Assembly (NCBI GenBank): GCA_030324005.1 | Contig: JARDVH010000124.1 | Location: forward strand, 33,661,423-33,725,422 | DNA length: 64,000 nucleotides | Source of the DNA: Negaprion brevirostris | Taxonomy: Eukaryota | Direction: 5' to 3' | In this document: positions 40,740-54,345 of the stretch, one piece after another | Layout: each line of letters opens with the position of its first letter | Position numbering within the stretch: the first letter of the stretch is position 1 | The notes under the pieces: generated by a model | Databases searched by the model: none | What the model was told of the DNA's origin: nothing | What the model saw: the letters and a program-made list of their open reading frames with translations, nothing else | Translations under genes and position numbers: made by a program

Positions 40740-43700
40740 TGCAAGAACAGCTGTGATTAGTTAACCAGGCAACAAGCTAGAGCTGGTTCTCCAGCCAACA
40801 CTGGCTGACTCAGTTCACTGGAACTTCACCTAACATAAATATAGGGGGTTTAGCAGATGCAGCGGGGGCTGAGTCTTCAACTCTGGGTATTTGGTAAGTG
40901 AGGGAGTTTGGTGCAGTGAGGATGGAGGTACTATTCTGGCCTGTTACACAAATGAATGGCCCCTGGGAGAGAGAGAGCTGGACAGAAAGAGACTTGAGAC
41001 CTGAAGCCTGGAGACATTAATTAGATGAGCAGATAGGTATATGGTGAGCTTTAAGTTCTTTGTTCCCCTGTAAACCGTGGAGGTATAAGCACAGTATTAA
41101 ATTTATAGTTCAATTCCAAAACATAATAATGCAAATTGTTGAATGATATTTCTAAACTTGACAGCAATTTAGTGTAATAAGCACAATAAAGATATCAGAG
41201 CAGATGATGTATTGCAGCTGTAACATGTGGGCAGTGGTGAAGACCGGTGTGACCCATAACAACCACATCTGTAGTAAGTGCCTGGAATTCAAGAAACTTC
41301 GGCTCAAAGTTGTTGAGCTAGAGTCCACATTTCAGACACNNNNNNNNNNNNNNNNNNNNNNNNNNNNNNNNNNNNNNNNNNNNNNNNNNNNNNNNNNNNN
41401 NNNNNNNNNNNNNNNNNNNNNNNNNNNNNNNNNNNNNNNGATCCTTCAAGATTACCCAGACACATCGTCCCTGGAGGCAGTCACATCCCTTAAACTAGAT
41501 ATTTTGGATCTGGTCCATGCTCAGAGATAGCAATGTGTGACTGTAAGAGGGGCACATATGACGACCCAGAAGGTAGCATTGAAGGAACCTCAACCTTGCG
41601 ACTGTCCAACAGGATCAAGGTTCTTGCAGCTTGTGTGCACAGAGAGACTGAATGGAGGATGAACGAACTGACGACAGCATAGTGGTGCAGGGACCCATTC
41701 AAGTGGGGTGAGTAAAAAAGAATTCCTGTTGAGCCGTGTGAGGTTTGGCATGGAGTAAATAAGAGCAGAGAGTTGAATGCATAGTTCAAAGATTGGTGTG
41801 GGAGAAATGGGTTTTGATTCATGGGGTACTGACACCAATACTAGGAGCTGTGCCATTGGGAAGGACATCAGCTGAACTGTGTTGGGACGAGTGTTCTGAT
41901 GAATCCGCTAACTGATACTTCAGAGAGAGCTTTAAATTAAATAGTATGGGGGGACAGTTCACCTGAGGAAGATCTGGAAAGTTAAAGGGAAAGTACAGTG
42001 CAAAACTGTAAGATAGCAATGTGAGTAATGATAACCAGCGTGTGACAAGAGACAGAGAGCACAAACATAAGAGTGCACCAGCTAATATAGTCTAAGTAGG
42101 GAAAAATGGTAAAGAGATAGACCTAATGGCTCTTTATCTAAATGCACACATCATTCATGATCGCACAATTTGAATAAATGAGCATGATATGATAGCTATT
42201 GCAGAGATGTGGTTGCAAAGTGACCAGGGTTGGGACTTGAAGATTCAAGGATATTTGGCATTTATGAGGAACAGGAACAAAGGAAATNNNNNNNNNNGAA
42301 AGCTCTGTTAATAAAAAAAATGATATCCTGCAGTCCTGAAAAATGATCTTGGTTCAGAAGATCAAGAGATATAATCTGTCTGGATGAGGATGAGAAACAG
42401 CTAAGGAAAGAAGTCACTGGGGGAGTAGTTTATAGCCTTCTGATCCATGGGTACATAGTAGGACAGAGTACAGTTAAAAAGTAATGGGGGCTTGGTATGA
42501 AAGGTACAGTCAAAAACATGGGCAATTTTAATCTTCATATAGATTGGATAAGTCAAATTTGCAAAGGTAGCCTTCAGGATAAATTCATAAGGTAATACTC
42601 CCCACACCTATCTCATCCCCACATCATGCTTCCTGGCAGTGGAGGTGGCTTACTATTAACTGCCAGGGAGATATTTTGGTTCTGCCAATGTCTACCACGT
42701 TTTATGTGGTTCGGGGATCCATCACAGGTGGTCACCTTCAGTGGGACTGGAAAATCCTACCAGCAGGAAGGGCCAGAAAATTCCTCATAGATAATGTATT
42801 CAGGACTGTATCTTGGAACAATACATTGTGGGTACAACCAGAGAACTGGCTATTTTAGGACTGATAAAGTGTAATGGGACAGGATTGATAAATAACCTCA
42901 TAGTGAAAGATTGTCTACATAGGGAGTGATCATAATATGATAAAATTACTGATTCAGTTTGAGGGTGAGAAATGTGGGCCTGAAACTAGTGTCTTGAGCT
43001 CAAATAACACCAATTACAAGAGCACAAAGATCATTTTACAGGTAAGATTGTAGAGAAGCAGTGGCAGACATTTAAGGGCATATTTCATAACTCTCAACAA
43101 AGATATATACTATTGACAAAGAAAAACTCCCTGAGAAGGATCTTCCGTGGCTAACCATGGAAGACAAGGTTGGTACCAATGAAAATAAAATACATACAAT
43201 GCTGCAAAGTTGGCTGAAGACTGGGAAAATGTTCGAAACCAGCAAAGGATTCGTCAAAAAAAAGAGAAAGTGGAATTTGAGAGAAAACTAGCAAGAAATA
43301 TAAAAACAGACAGTAAAAGCTTCTTCAGGTATACATATAAAAGGAAAATAGGTAAAGCAAGAGTTGATCCCTTAGAGGATGAGACTGGGGAATTAATAAT
43401 GGGAAAGGGCAGAGTTTTAAACAAATATTTTGTAACTGTCTCCACACTAAAAGACACAAAAAACATGCTAAGAATAGGAGAAAGATAGTGGCAAAGGGAG
43501 GAGAGGAACAACGATTACTGAAGGAACAAGTATTTGCAAAACTAATGGGACTAAAGGCTGAGAAGTCAACTGTATCCTAGAGTCTTAAAAGAAGTGGCAA
43601 CAGAGATAGTAGATGTAATGTTTGTAATCTTCCAAATTTCCCAAATTGTAGAAAGGTCCTTGCTGTTTGGAACCCCCAAATGTAACACCACTATTCAAGA

Positions 43701-45980
43701 AAAGAGGGAGACAGAGAGCAGAAAACTANNNNNNNNNNNNNNNNNNNNNNNNNNNNNNNNNNNNNNNNNNNNNNNNNNNNNNNNNNNNNNNNNNNNNNNN
43801 NNNNNNNNNNNNNNNNNNNNNNNNNNNNAAAACTATAGACCGGCTAGTGTAACATCTGTTATTGGGGAAATGCTATAATTTATTATTAAGAAGGTAGAAG
43901 CAGAATATTTAGAAAATCAGAATACAATCAGGCAGAATAAATATGATTTTGTGAAAGGAAAATCATGCTTGATAAATTTATTAGAGTTCTTTGAGTATGT
44001 AACAAACAGGCTGGCTACAGAAAAATCAGTAGGTATAGAGTGTTTGAATGTCTGAAAAATATTTGAGAAAAGTGCTCTATAAAAGACAACTGCACCAATT
44101 AAGAGTTCATGGTTTTGGGGACATATTAGCTGGGATACAGGAATGGTTAGGAGGTTGTGGCGCAGTGGGATGCGTTCCTGTCCCAAGCTTCAGTCCCAAC
44201 CCAGGGTGGTGGTGATGTAGTGGTACTGTCACTGCACTAATAATCCAGGGATGCAGAGTAATGCTCTGGGGATCTTGGTTCTAATCCCACCATAGCTGAT
44301 GGTGAAATTTGAATTCATTCAAAAAATCTAGACTTAAAAGTCTATGAAACCATTGACGATTGTTGCAAAAAAAAAACCTAGTTCAATAATATTCTCTAGA
44401 GAAGGATATTTGCCATCCTTACCTGGCTGAGCCTACACGTGACTCCAAATCCACAGCAATGTGGTTAACTTTTAAATGCCCTCAAGGATGGGCAATAAAT
44501 GTTGGCCTAGCCTGTGACACCCACATCCCATCAAGGAATTAAAAAAAGGACTTGTTGACTGAGGAGGACGCATTCATAACTCGACCAAAGAGGTGGCTAG
44601 TTGTGAATACGTTTACACCAATGGCAGATGGTAAGAGGGAGACAAATCTCCTTTGATGGAAAGAACTTGAAGACTCTACCATCACTATCTATAGCTCTAT
44701 GCTACAATATGCATGTTCAAGTGTATGTTGCCACAGTCCTGGACGAGTCTATTGGCTTAGTTGGCTGGATGGCTAGTGTGGATTGGATTGCTATCGACAG
44801 TATTGGGTCTAATCCCTGTTCTAGTTGGGGTGGATTCTGAACCTGCCTCCTCACCCTACCTGTGGTGGAGGTTGAGTCATTGTGGGCTAGAGCTTCCTTT
44901 GAGCAGAGATCTGAAGAAGAGAATTGGGTAACAAAATGAAAGAGAGAATCAGGATAAATGGGTCATTATCGAGTTTGCAAACTACAACTAATGGGGTGCC
45001 ATAGAAATCAGCGTGGGGACCTCAGTAATTTCTGATTTACGTTAATGACTTGGATGAAGGGGCCAACTACACCGTAGCTAAATTTGCTGGTGATACAACG
45101 ATAGATAGGAGAACAGGCTTTGAGGATACAGCGATACTGCAAAAGGGACATGGAATAGTTTAGTGAGTAGATGTCAATTTGGCAAATGGTGTATTTTGGC
45201 AGTAAGAATAGAAAAGCAGAATATTATTTAAATGGAGGTGTACTGCGGAAAGCTGAGGTTCAGAGGGATCTGGTTACTTATGCATGACCTCGTGCAGGGA
45301 TCTCATACATGAATCAAAAAATGTTAGCATTCTGGAAAAACTAAATAATTAGGAAGGCAAATGGAATGCAGATCCTTTATTACAAGGGGTATAAAAGTAG
45401 AAAAATCTTGCTTCAACTGTACAGGGCATTGGTGAAACCACAACTAGAGCACTGAGTATTGTTTCGGTTGCTTTATTTAAGGGGGATATCCTTGCATTGG
45501 AAACAGTTGGCAGGGAAAGTTCACTGGCTGATACCTCAGATGAAGGAATTGGCATAAGATGATAGTTGGAACTGGTTGAACATATACTTACCAGAGTTTA
45601 AAAGAATGAGAGGTGATCTTATTAAAACATACAAGATTCCAAAGGGCCTTTGCAGGGTAGAAGCTGAAAGGACGGTTTCCCTCAATGGATCATCTTAAAC
45701 TAGGAGATACAATTTAAAAACAAGGGATCTGCCATTCAAAATGGAGACAAGGAGGAATTTCTTCACTCCAAGGATGGTAAATTGTTGGAATTCTCTTCTA
45801 GGTCACTGAATATATTCAAGGCTGTGTTAGACAAATTTCTGATTGACATGGGAGTTAACCAAACAGGCAAGAATGTGGAGCTAAGGCTACAATCAGATCA
45901 GTCATGATCTTCCTGAATAGTGGTGCAAGTGTGATAGGCCAAATGACTGATTCCTGCTCCTATTTCTTAGCATCCTATGA
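40740..45980 (+). mobile_element. Near full-length decayed CR1 LINE (ORF1 and ORF2 relics)
   Basis: ORF1 zinc finger CSCNMW...HICSKC (41204) and esterase-like LNA.FKDWCGRNGF (about 41770). Endonuclease start LYLNAH..I and IAIAEMWL (about 42130-42215). Linker KLARNIKTDSKSFFRY (43210). NYRPASVTSVIG and FVKGKSCLINLLEFFE (43830-44000). Tail cctgctcctatttctta (about 45960). Many stops and frameshifts. Confidence 0.9.
44148..44922 (+). mobile_element. Cluster of SINE-like insertions inside the CR1, including a bipartite-family copy at 44204-44547
   Basis: 44204-44547 aligns by eye with 40350-40707. The flanks carry other tRNA-like heads (gtggcgcagtgg at about 44157, tggcttagttgg at about 44753). 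Confidence 0.75.
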
Positions 45981-48756
45981 GGTTCTGGGAAGGAGATATG
46001 TCTGTGAGAGCGTAACAGGCTGTCCAGAAACACAGCCAAAAGGCAGCGCGAGCAGAGAGCCACACACATCAATGTGACGATTCAAGCCCTGAGGTGCTGG
46101 ATGCAGTACCACAATATTTTTGATGACCTTAAGAGCAATCAGTGAATGCATCTTAAAATGTCATATTCTACCAACAGCATTACATTGCTTGGAAACTGCT
46201 GTAAACACCACATTCCCACCCCTCATTTATCAATAATCTCTGTCACTCAGTGCTCATACTTAACACTAAGATTCTTCACCTCATCCTTAAACACTTAACA
46301 CTTCAGCAAGGCTCATGCCCTTCTAGTTCGCACATCCTGCCAGCTATCCATCCAGGATGGCTAATTCAGCTAAATAGACTGCACCACACTCACTGGCACA
46401 ATTACCTCTTTTTTGCAGGGCAAGGTAGCACACTACTAGTGGGTACAGGATGACAAGTACACCTGTGTTTCATAACCCCTTTGGAGAAGATGGTGATAGG
46501 CATTATTGGCACTTCTATTCCTGAGGTTGTGCCCAATGACTAGGCTGAAGGTGTCACTACCCTCATACCTAATTCTCCTCCTCATATCACACTTCCCCCA
46601 CTCTTCAGACTCTCTTTTGATTTACCAGCTGCAGATGGTATAAACATGCATATTTTACATTCCCCTCACTCCTCATGGCCACAACCCTATGCTTGGCTTT
46701 TCTCCCACCAAATACACAAAATGTGCAAGCTAGCCAGACAATGGAGAAAAACCAAGAAGACTGTAATGATGTAGAAAAGGCACCCTCATTAGATTTCACA
46801 CTCACAACCACCAACTCAAATACTTCTCTTAAAGGATGGATTAGATGTGAAGGCTCCCTGTGGTTAAGACATTGGGCACAATCTCAGGAATAGAAGCTCC
46901 CAAGTCAGGCGGCAAGGTTAGTGCAGGTGACAGTTCCCCAGAAGACAAGGTTGCAGAGGACTTTGATGGGGAGGCCTACAGAAAAATACATTGGCTACCC
47001 GCAGTGAAATATCTGGTGCTTTGGGAAGTCAGATCAAAAGTCTGCTGACAACATCAAGAAGCATGGAGGGGTAAACACTAAATTGGCACAGGGTTTATGC
47101 CGAATTGGAACCCATCCTCTGCGGGAAGAAAGTGGTGGCTAACTCCATTAGCACAATTGCGGACACAGCCATGGCGCCGGGTCTGATGGCCAATGTTGCA
47201 GCTTCCATTGCAACATAAGCAACAGCCACCCAATGTCCGACTGAGATCATACCAGCTGAGATTGTTAGTATCATGGTTGTCAATGATAATGTGCAGTGAG
47301 GATTACAGAGTGTCACAGCAGTTCTGTAATCTGTCCTCCAGCAGATTACTGGGATTGCTGAGGTCCAGCCTTGGGAATGCAGCAGTGCCTCTGTGGAATG
47401 CAAACTTACTGTCCTCTTTCAGGAATGCAGCGCTCATCCTCCCACCACCACCAGTCCACCTGCACCCTTAGTGTTGCTTGATAACCAGCCCCGACCACAG
47501 CCACCCATGTAAAGAAATTGCAGCTCGCTGCCGGGTGTCTCTAACACAGTGCTGCTTCTGTTTTTTTCCAAGACCACCTGCATCCTCCTTCACTGAAAGT
47601 CGGCAACCATGCTGCAATCATGAGGAAAATATTGGGTAGGAGCAAGGCACACAGCTGGGAGACATTAAGGGAAGGCTCGAGGCTGATTAGTTGACTTCTG
47701 TATGAAATATGGTATTATTTCAATCCTAAATTTTATTTAGAATGTTTATTTTTGTTCACTTTTATTTACGAACTATGGCCCAGATGGTCAATGACAGGGG
47801 GGAAAGTTGTGGGGTTATTAGTGAAAGGAGAATTGGATTGTATTTACTAGAATTGCAGTCAGGGAATTGGGGTTGCAACTGATGCACCATGTCTGCAATA
47901 CTATTAAAGCTTCATGCTCACTCTACCTTGCTTCTATTTGACAAGGGAGAATGAATGTTAGCTCTCTTTGAATAGAGGATGTCCTTTAAGCTACAATATA
48001 TGGCAAACTGCAAGATCTTTCAAATATCTCCAGTTCCAGTCCAAAGGAACCAGGTACACAAAACATGCAGACTGTTTGCCAATACCAGACCATAGCATTC
48101 TGAGGGTGATCGAAACTAGCTGAGATAGGGACCTCGGCCTGTCTGTCAGCTGACAGCACCAGCAGTTCCAGCAGTGCCAGAGCTCAATGGTGGACACTAT
48201 CAACACTGCAGGAAGGAACATGAAGGAAAATGGTGGCTGCTTTAGAAAGGTAAACCCCATGTTGAAGATGAACAGGGACCCAAGAACCCAGAGCAAGGGA
48301 ATTGGGGAGCAAGGTTTTGAAGGGCAGGTGGCGGGAAAGGAAGGGGTCAGGTTAATATCTTGGAGAACTCCCCCAAATGCGATGCACCCTTTCCTTTCCC
48401 ACCATATTTCATCCTGGCCACAAAGAATCGCCCACCCACTGCTTGGTCACGCAACCATATTACGGCATGGACAACATATTATGCCAGTCACTAATCCTTC
48501 TAAGAAACCTAATTGACCTGTAATTATTCATTTAAATATGGCAGGCGAGCTGCCAATTTCAGCACCTGCCCCAGCAAACATATCATGGGGTTCAGCTCAG
48601 AGGTGGGCAGGAAGCTGGTGGGCTAGCCACCCAAAATATTTTATGTGCCCCCCCATTGTTGAAATCATGCTTGGCCAGTGGGTGGCGGGGGGGGAAATGA
48701 TAAAATCCAGTCCCATGTCTGGGAGCAACTGACTGCGCAGCAACCTTTAAGTCAGC

Positions 48757-49430
48757 AAGGACTTAGGAGCAGGGATAGGCCATTTGGACCCTCAAACCTT
48801 CTCTAAACTGTTCTTAATGCATTATAATCTTTTTNNNNNNNNNNNNNNNNNNNNNNNNNNNNNNNNNNNNNNNNNNNNNNNNNNNNNNNNNNNNNNNNNN
48901 NNNNNNNNNNNNNNNNNNNNNNNNNNNNNNNNNNTTTTTCAAATCAAGAGACGAAACATCTGCACAATGCTCCTGATCTCATCAAGTCCTTGTACAGTTG
49001 CTTTTCCGTTCAATTCCCCTTGCAATAAACAACAACACTCCATTTGCCTTCCTAATCACTTGCTGTATCACATACCAACTTTTTGTGATTCACGCACCAG
49101 GACACCTGGACCCCTCTGTACCACAGCATTCTGTAAACTCCCCCTGTTAAATAGTATACTGTTCTTCTGTTCTTCCTGCCAAGTGGACAAGTTTACATTT
49201 TGTCATTTTAAATTCCATCTGCCAAATGTTTGCCCACTCACTTTCATCTATCTATATCCCTTTGTAGACTCTCTACCTCCTCTTGACAACTTATTTTCCT
49301 ATCTACCTTGGTGTAATCTTCAAATTTAGCTACGATTCAATCTTCTTATCCAAGTTGTTGATATAGATTGTAAGTAGTTGCAGCCCCAACACCGATTCCA
49401 ATGGCACTCCACTCATTATAGCTTGCCAAC
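48757..49430 (-). mobile_element. CR1 LINE 3' portion with internal deletion and gap
   Basis: Tail ttaggagcagggataggccattt at 48760. Reverse complement gives GVPLESVLG, YINNLD, SKFEDYTKVD and RWNLNDKM, i.e. decayed RT motifs. Confidence 0.8.
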
Positions 49431-49439
49431 CCTTGTTCC

Positions 49440-51578
49440 CTTTTAATTCATTCAAGAGATGTGGTCTTTATTGGCTAGGCCAGCATTTATTGCCCATCCT
49501 TAATTGCCTTTGAGAAGGTGCTGGTGAGTTGCTTTATTGAACCACTGCAGTCCATGTCATGTAGATGCACCACCCACAGTGCTGTGAGGGAGGGAATTCC
49601 AGGATTTGGACCCAATAACAGTGAAGGAATAATATTTCCAAGTTGGGAAGGTGACTGGCTTGAAGAGGAACTTCCAGATGGTGGTGTCTCTATGCTGTCC
49701 TTCTGGATGACAGTGGTCGTGGGTTTGGAAGATACTGCCTAAGGAGCCTTACTGAGTTCCTGCAGTGCATCTTGCAGATGGTACTCATTGCTGCTATTGT
49801 GTGTTGGTGGTGGACGGATTGAACGTTTGTGGGTGGGGTACCAATTAAGTGGGCTGCTTTGACCTGGATGGTGTCAAACACTCATCGAGCCATGTGGAGA
49901 GTATTTCATCACACACCTGACTTCTTGTGCCTTGTAGGTGTGAACAGGCTTTGGGGAGTCAGGGGGTGAATTACTCACTGCAGGATTCCTAGCCTCGACT
50001 TGCTCTGGTAACCACAATATTTACTTGGCTAGTCCAGTTAAGTTTCTGGTCAATGATAACTCTCAGGATGGCAATAGTGAGGGATTCAGTAATGCTAATG
50101 CAATTGAATTGCAATGGTTAAATTATATTTTATTGGAGTTGGTCATTGTCTGGCACTTATGTGGCACGAATGTCACGTGCCACTTGTCAGCCCAAGGCTG
50201 AATATTCTCCAGGTTTTACTGCATTTGGACATGGACTGCTTCAGTACCTAAAGTGTCACGAACGGTGATAATTGTACAATCATCAGCAAACATCCCCATT
50301 TCTGACTTTATGATGGAAGGAAGGTCATTGATGAAGCAGCTGAAGATGCTTGGACCTAAAGATCCCCTGGCTTGGTGATAATGGTATAATAAGTGCTGTG
50401 CCAGGCCATGAGATTACAAGTTGTGGTTGTATACAATTCTGTTGCTGATGGTCCACGGCACCTCATGAATGCCCAGTCTTAAGTTGTTAGAAGTGTTCAA
50501 AGTTTATCCCATTCAGCACAGTGTTAGGGCCACACAACATGATGTAGGGCATCCTCAATGTGAAGACATGACTTCATCTCCAGAAGCACTGTGAAGCGAT
50601 CACTGCTCCCGATACTATTATGGAGAGATGCGTTTGCGGTAGGCAGGTTGGTGAAGATGAGGTCAAGTATGTTTTTCCTCCTTATTAGTTCCCTCACCAG
50701 CTGCAGACCCTGTCTAGCAGCTATGTCCTTTAGGACTCGACCAGCTCAGTCAGTCGATGCTACTGAGCCAGTATGGGTGATAGATGTTGAGATCCCCCAT
50801 CTAGTGTGTGACCCTCAGCTTCCTCCAAGCTGTGTTCAACAAGGAGGAGTACTGACTCATCAGCACAGAAGGGTTGGTAGGTGGTAATCAGCAACAGATT
50901 TCCTTGCCCATGTTTGACCTGATGTCATGAGACTTCATGGAGTCTGGGGTCAATGTTGAGGACAACTCCATCCAGGCTGTATTCCACTGTACCACCATCT
51001 CTGGTGGGTCTATCCTGCCAGTGAGACAGGACACATCCATGGGTAGGGATGGTGATGCCAGAGACATTATCTGTAAGATATGATGCCATAAGTAAGGCTA
51101 TGCCAGTTTGTGAGCTCCTTCAATTTTGGCATAACCAAAATTGTTTGGAAGGGGTACATCACAGGGTTGATAGTGCTGAGTGTGCCACTGTCACTTCTGG
51201 TGCCAAAGTCGATGCCAGGTGGTCTGTCCAGTGTCAGTCCTTTGAGACTTACTAGCAGTTTTATACACCTGGATGGCTCGCTTGGCCATTTCAGAGGTCA
51301 GCAAAGAGTCAAACACATTGCTGTGGATCTGGAGTCACACAAAGGTCAAACCAGGTAAGGATGGCAGATCTTTTCCTAGAAGGCATTAATGAAACAGGTG
51401 AATTTTCACAACAATCAACAATGGTTTAATGTTATCATTAGACTTTCAACTCTCGATGAACTCTAGATTGAATTCAAATTCCTTCACCTGGCATGATGGG
51501 ATTTGAATTTGAGTCCCCCGGCATTTGGGCCTCTGGATTATTAGTCCAGTAGCAATACCGCTTAACAACCACCTCTCC
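49440..51578 (-). mobile_element. Internally deleted non-LTR retrotransposon (APE/RT relic) with a tRNA-like 5' head
   Basis: ORF 49690..49881 (IQVKAAHLIG...HHQHTIAAMSTICKMH) is an RT C-terminal region. APE-type relics occur at 50500-51150. 3' end ...ggatgggcaataaatgctggcctagcc. 5' end (51260-51578) is homologous to the head and body of 40350-40640. Clade not assigned. Confidence 0.75.
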
Positions 51579-51920
51579 AGCTCCAACCAATCCTCTATCC
51601 TGCAATGCCCGTTAGGCTTTTGCAAGTGGAACAGCTGTACAAAGCTCCAAACATTTATAGAAACTTAGTAACAGCTGGAAGAAAGCAATAGCAACCACCC
51701 TTGTCATTGATGCTCCTATGAATAGTCCTATTTGATGGGTCTATCCTGTTATTGAAAGTGTGAGGTTAAGAGAAATCATGGTGGAAGCTTGTGCTCCAAA
51801 ATAATACTGTTGGTATCAAATGGGTGTTGTGTCAGTGCCCAACTATTCACCTTTGACCTTCTGCCCATCACTACATTTCTGCAGCCGCTCATTTACTGAA
51901 TCATATCCTCACCTCCATCC

Positions 51921-52064
51921 TGTATACAATTCTGCTGCTGATGGTCCACAGCACCTCATGGATGCCCAGTCTTATGTTGTTAGAAGTGTTCAAAATTTAT
52001 CCCATTCAGCACAGTGTTAGGGCCACACAACATGATGTAGGGCATCCTCAATGTGAAGACATGA
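51921..52064 (+). repeat. 144-nt direct duplicate of 50428-50571
   Basis: tgtatacaattctg...gtgaagacatga; 5 mismatches counted by eye. Confidence 0.92.
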
Positions 52065-52185
52065 GAATAGAGGGATATGGTCTGAATAAGGGCAGGAGGT
52101 TTTTTTTAATTAGAGCATCATGATCAGCACGGGCTTGGACGGCCAAAGGGCCTGTTCCTGTGTTGTGTTTTTCTTTGGTCTTTGT
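52065..52185 (+). mobile_element. Short 5'-truncated CR1 tail
   Basis: gaatagagggatatgg...agagcatcatgatcagcacgggcttggacggccaaagggcctgttcctgtgttgtgttttctttg. The same family is inverted at 52897-53205. Confidence 0.8.
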
Positions 52186-52896
52186 TTTTGTTGATTTTCG
52201 AGCCCCAGTAAAATTATTACTCTTCTCTCACACTGGATGTTTTCCCCGGTATGGCCTTATTTCCAATCACTCCAAGTTTTTCCAAGGGAAGCAAACTTGA
52301 AAGGAAATGCGCAGAACTCGTTTAGCCATCTACCACCAAATTTGGCTGAACCATCGTAAAACATTATCTGGTCCTGCTCTCATCTTCTAAAATCGTTCAC
52401 TATTCCTGGATTATCCTGGAATGCAAAGATAACCCCCTCCCCCACCCGCTTCCTTTCTCTATCGCAAACCACCCTGTTAAATCCTTCTCCCCTGTATCCT
52501 CCACCCTCACTTCTAATAATAAACGTGAGAACCTCATGGACTTAGTTTTCGCCTAGGTCAAGACAATCCAATCAGTGGCCTCTGCCTCATTCCTTATTCT
52601 CAATAATCCAAAATACCTTAAATGCTGAACTCGCCCTGAACTTGCATCTTTACTGCTGATCATCCAACTTCCCCCAGTCCGACCCCTTTGTAAATAGTTC
52701 TTGCTATTTTGGTGTCATCCCTCGCTCCTTTAAATTTACCAATAACATCCCTGCTCCAAAAATCAATCCTTGACCCTCACAATGCATATAAGCTACCATC
52801 CATTTCCAATCTCACTTTTCTCTCCAACCTCCTCGAGTGTGTTGCCTCCCAAATCCATTCCCATCTTTTCCAGAGCTCAATGTTCGAATCCCCCAG

Positions 52897-53205
52897 TTAG
52901 TACAAAGAACAGTACAGCACAGGAACAATTCCTTTGGCCCTCTAAGCCCGTGCTGATCATAATGCCCTTACTAAATTACTAATAAAAACCTGCTGCCCTT
53001 ACTGGGAACATATCCCTTTATTCTCTTCCTATTTATATGCCCATCCAGATGTCTCTTAAATGTTGCTAAAGTACCTGCTTCCACCACCTCCTCTGGCAAC
53101 GCATTCCACGCACACACCACACTCCGCATAAAAGACTTCCCCCACAAATCTCCCTTAAACTTTCCCCCTCTCACCTTGAACCTGTGCCCCCTTGTAATTG
53201 ACTTA
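52897..53205 (-). mobile_element. CR1 3' fragment inserted in the L2
   Basis: ORF 52971..53318(-) TRGHRFKVRGGKFKGDLWGKSFMRSVVCAWNALPEEVVEAGTLATFKRHLD is the canonical CR1 ORF2 C-terminus. Confidence 0.92.
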
Positions 53206-54034
53206 GCTTTCCACCCATGCCATAGTACCGAAACACCTGGTAGCAAAGACACAAATGGCATCCTGTGTGTCTGTGACAAAGACGAGTTTTCCCTCCTAGT
53301 CTTTCTCCATCTGCCCACAGCCTTTCACATGCTTGACCACACCATCATCCTCCAATAGCCTGCCAGCGTTGTCCAGCTGGATGGGACTTCTGTCACTCAC
53401 CTGATTCTGTTCTTTTCTAACAGTAACCAGAGTATTGATTGCAATGGGTTTTCCTTCCCACTCCCATACCATTCCTTTAGTATTCCCCATGGGTCCATCC
53501 TTGACTCCCTCTTACTTCTCATCTGCATTGCTGTTCTGCGATAAAGTATTAGTTTTCACCTATACGCTAATGATACCCACTCTACTCCACCATCACCATC
53601 TTTCTCGGCTCACTGTTGCTGAATCACCAGACTGCTTATGCGACATCCAGTACTAGATAAGAAGAAATTTCCTCCAATTAAATAGTGGGAGGACTCAAAC
53701 AATTGTTTTCACTCCCTACACATCAAACTTGATCCCCGAGCTCCAGACAACAGTTTGAGATGAAATCAATCTGTTTATAACCTTGGCATCATATTTGATC
53801 CCAAAATGAGCTTTGACCTGATATTCATGCCATCACCAATACTGTCTTTTTCCACCTCTGTCACACTGCCTGACTTCACCCCTGTCTCACTTTAACTGCT
53901 GCTGGAACCTTCATCCATGCCTCTAGACTCAACTCTTCAAATCACTCCTAGCTAGTCTTCCACGCTCTACTGAGTGGGCGGAGCTGGATTGAAGGGCCAA
54001 ACGACCTACTCCTGCTTCTATTTTCTGCATACAA

Positions 54035-54345
54035 GATCACCCAAATCCCTCTGGACCACAACAATCTGCTGTCTCTCTAACATTGTGGATGTTGATTGAG
54101 GGCAGGATCGAATTCAATCTATGAAACTCTCCATGGTCAAACACCCTGGTGGCACTCACTGCTTTTTGATTCTTCTCGCAAAGTAGATATTCCAACTGCC
54201 AAATCTTTTCGCACTCATGTAACCTGTCCATATCCCTTTGCAGGCTCTTTGTGTCCTCCTCACAAATTGCTTGTCTACCTATTTTTGTATCATTTACACA
54301 TTTGGCTACAATGCATTCAGCCACTTCAAGCTGGTAATTAATACA
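54035..54345 (-). mobile_element. CR1 RT fragment containing a 79-nt foreign insert
   Basis: ORF 54037..54324(-) AKCVNDTKIG...EEDTKSLQRDMDRLHECEKIWQLEY. Confidence 0.8.
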
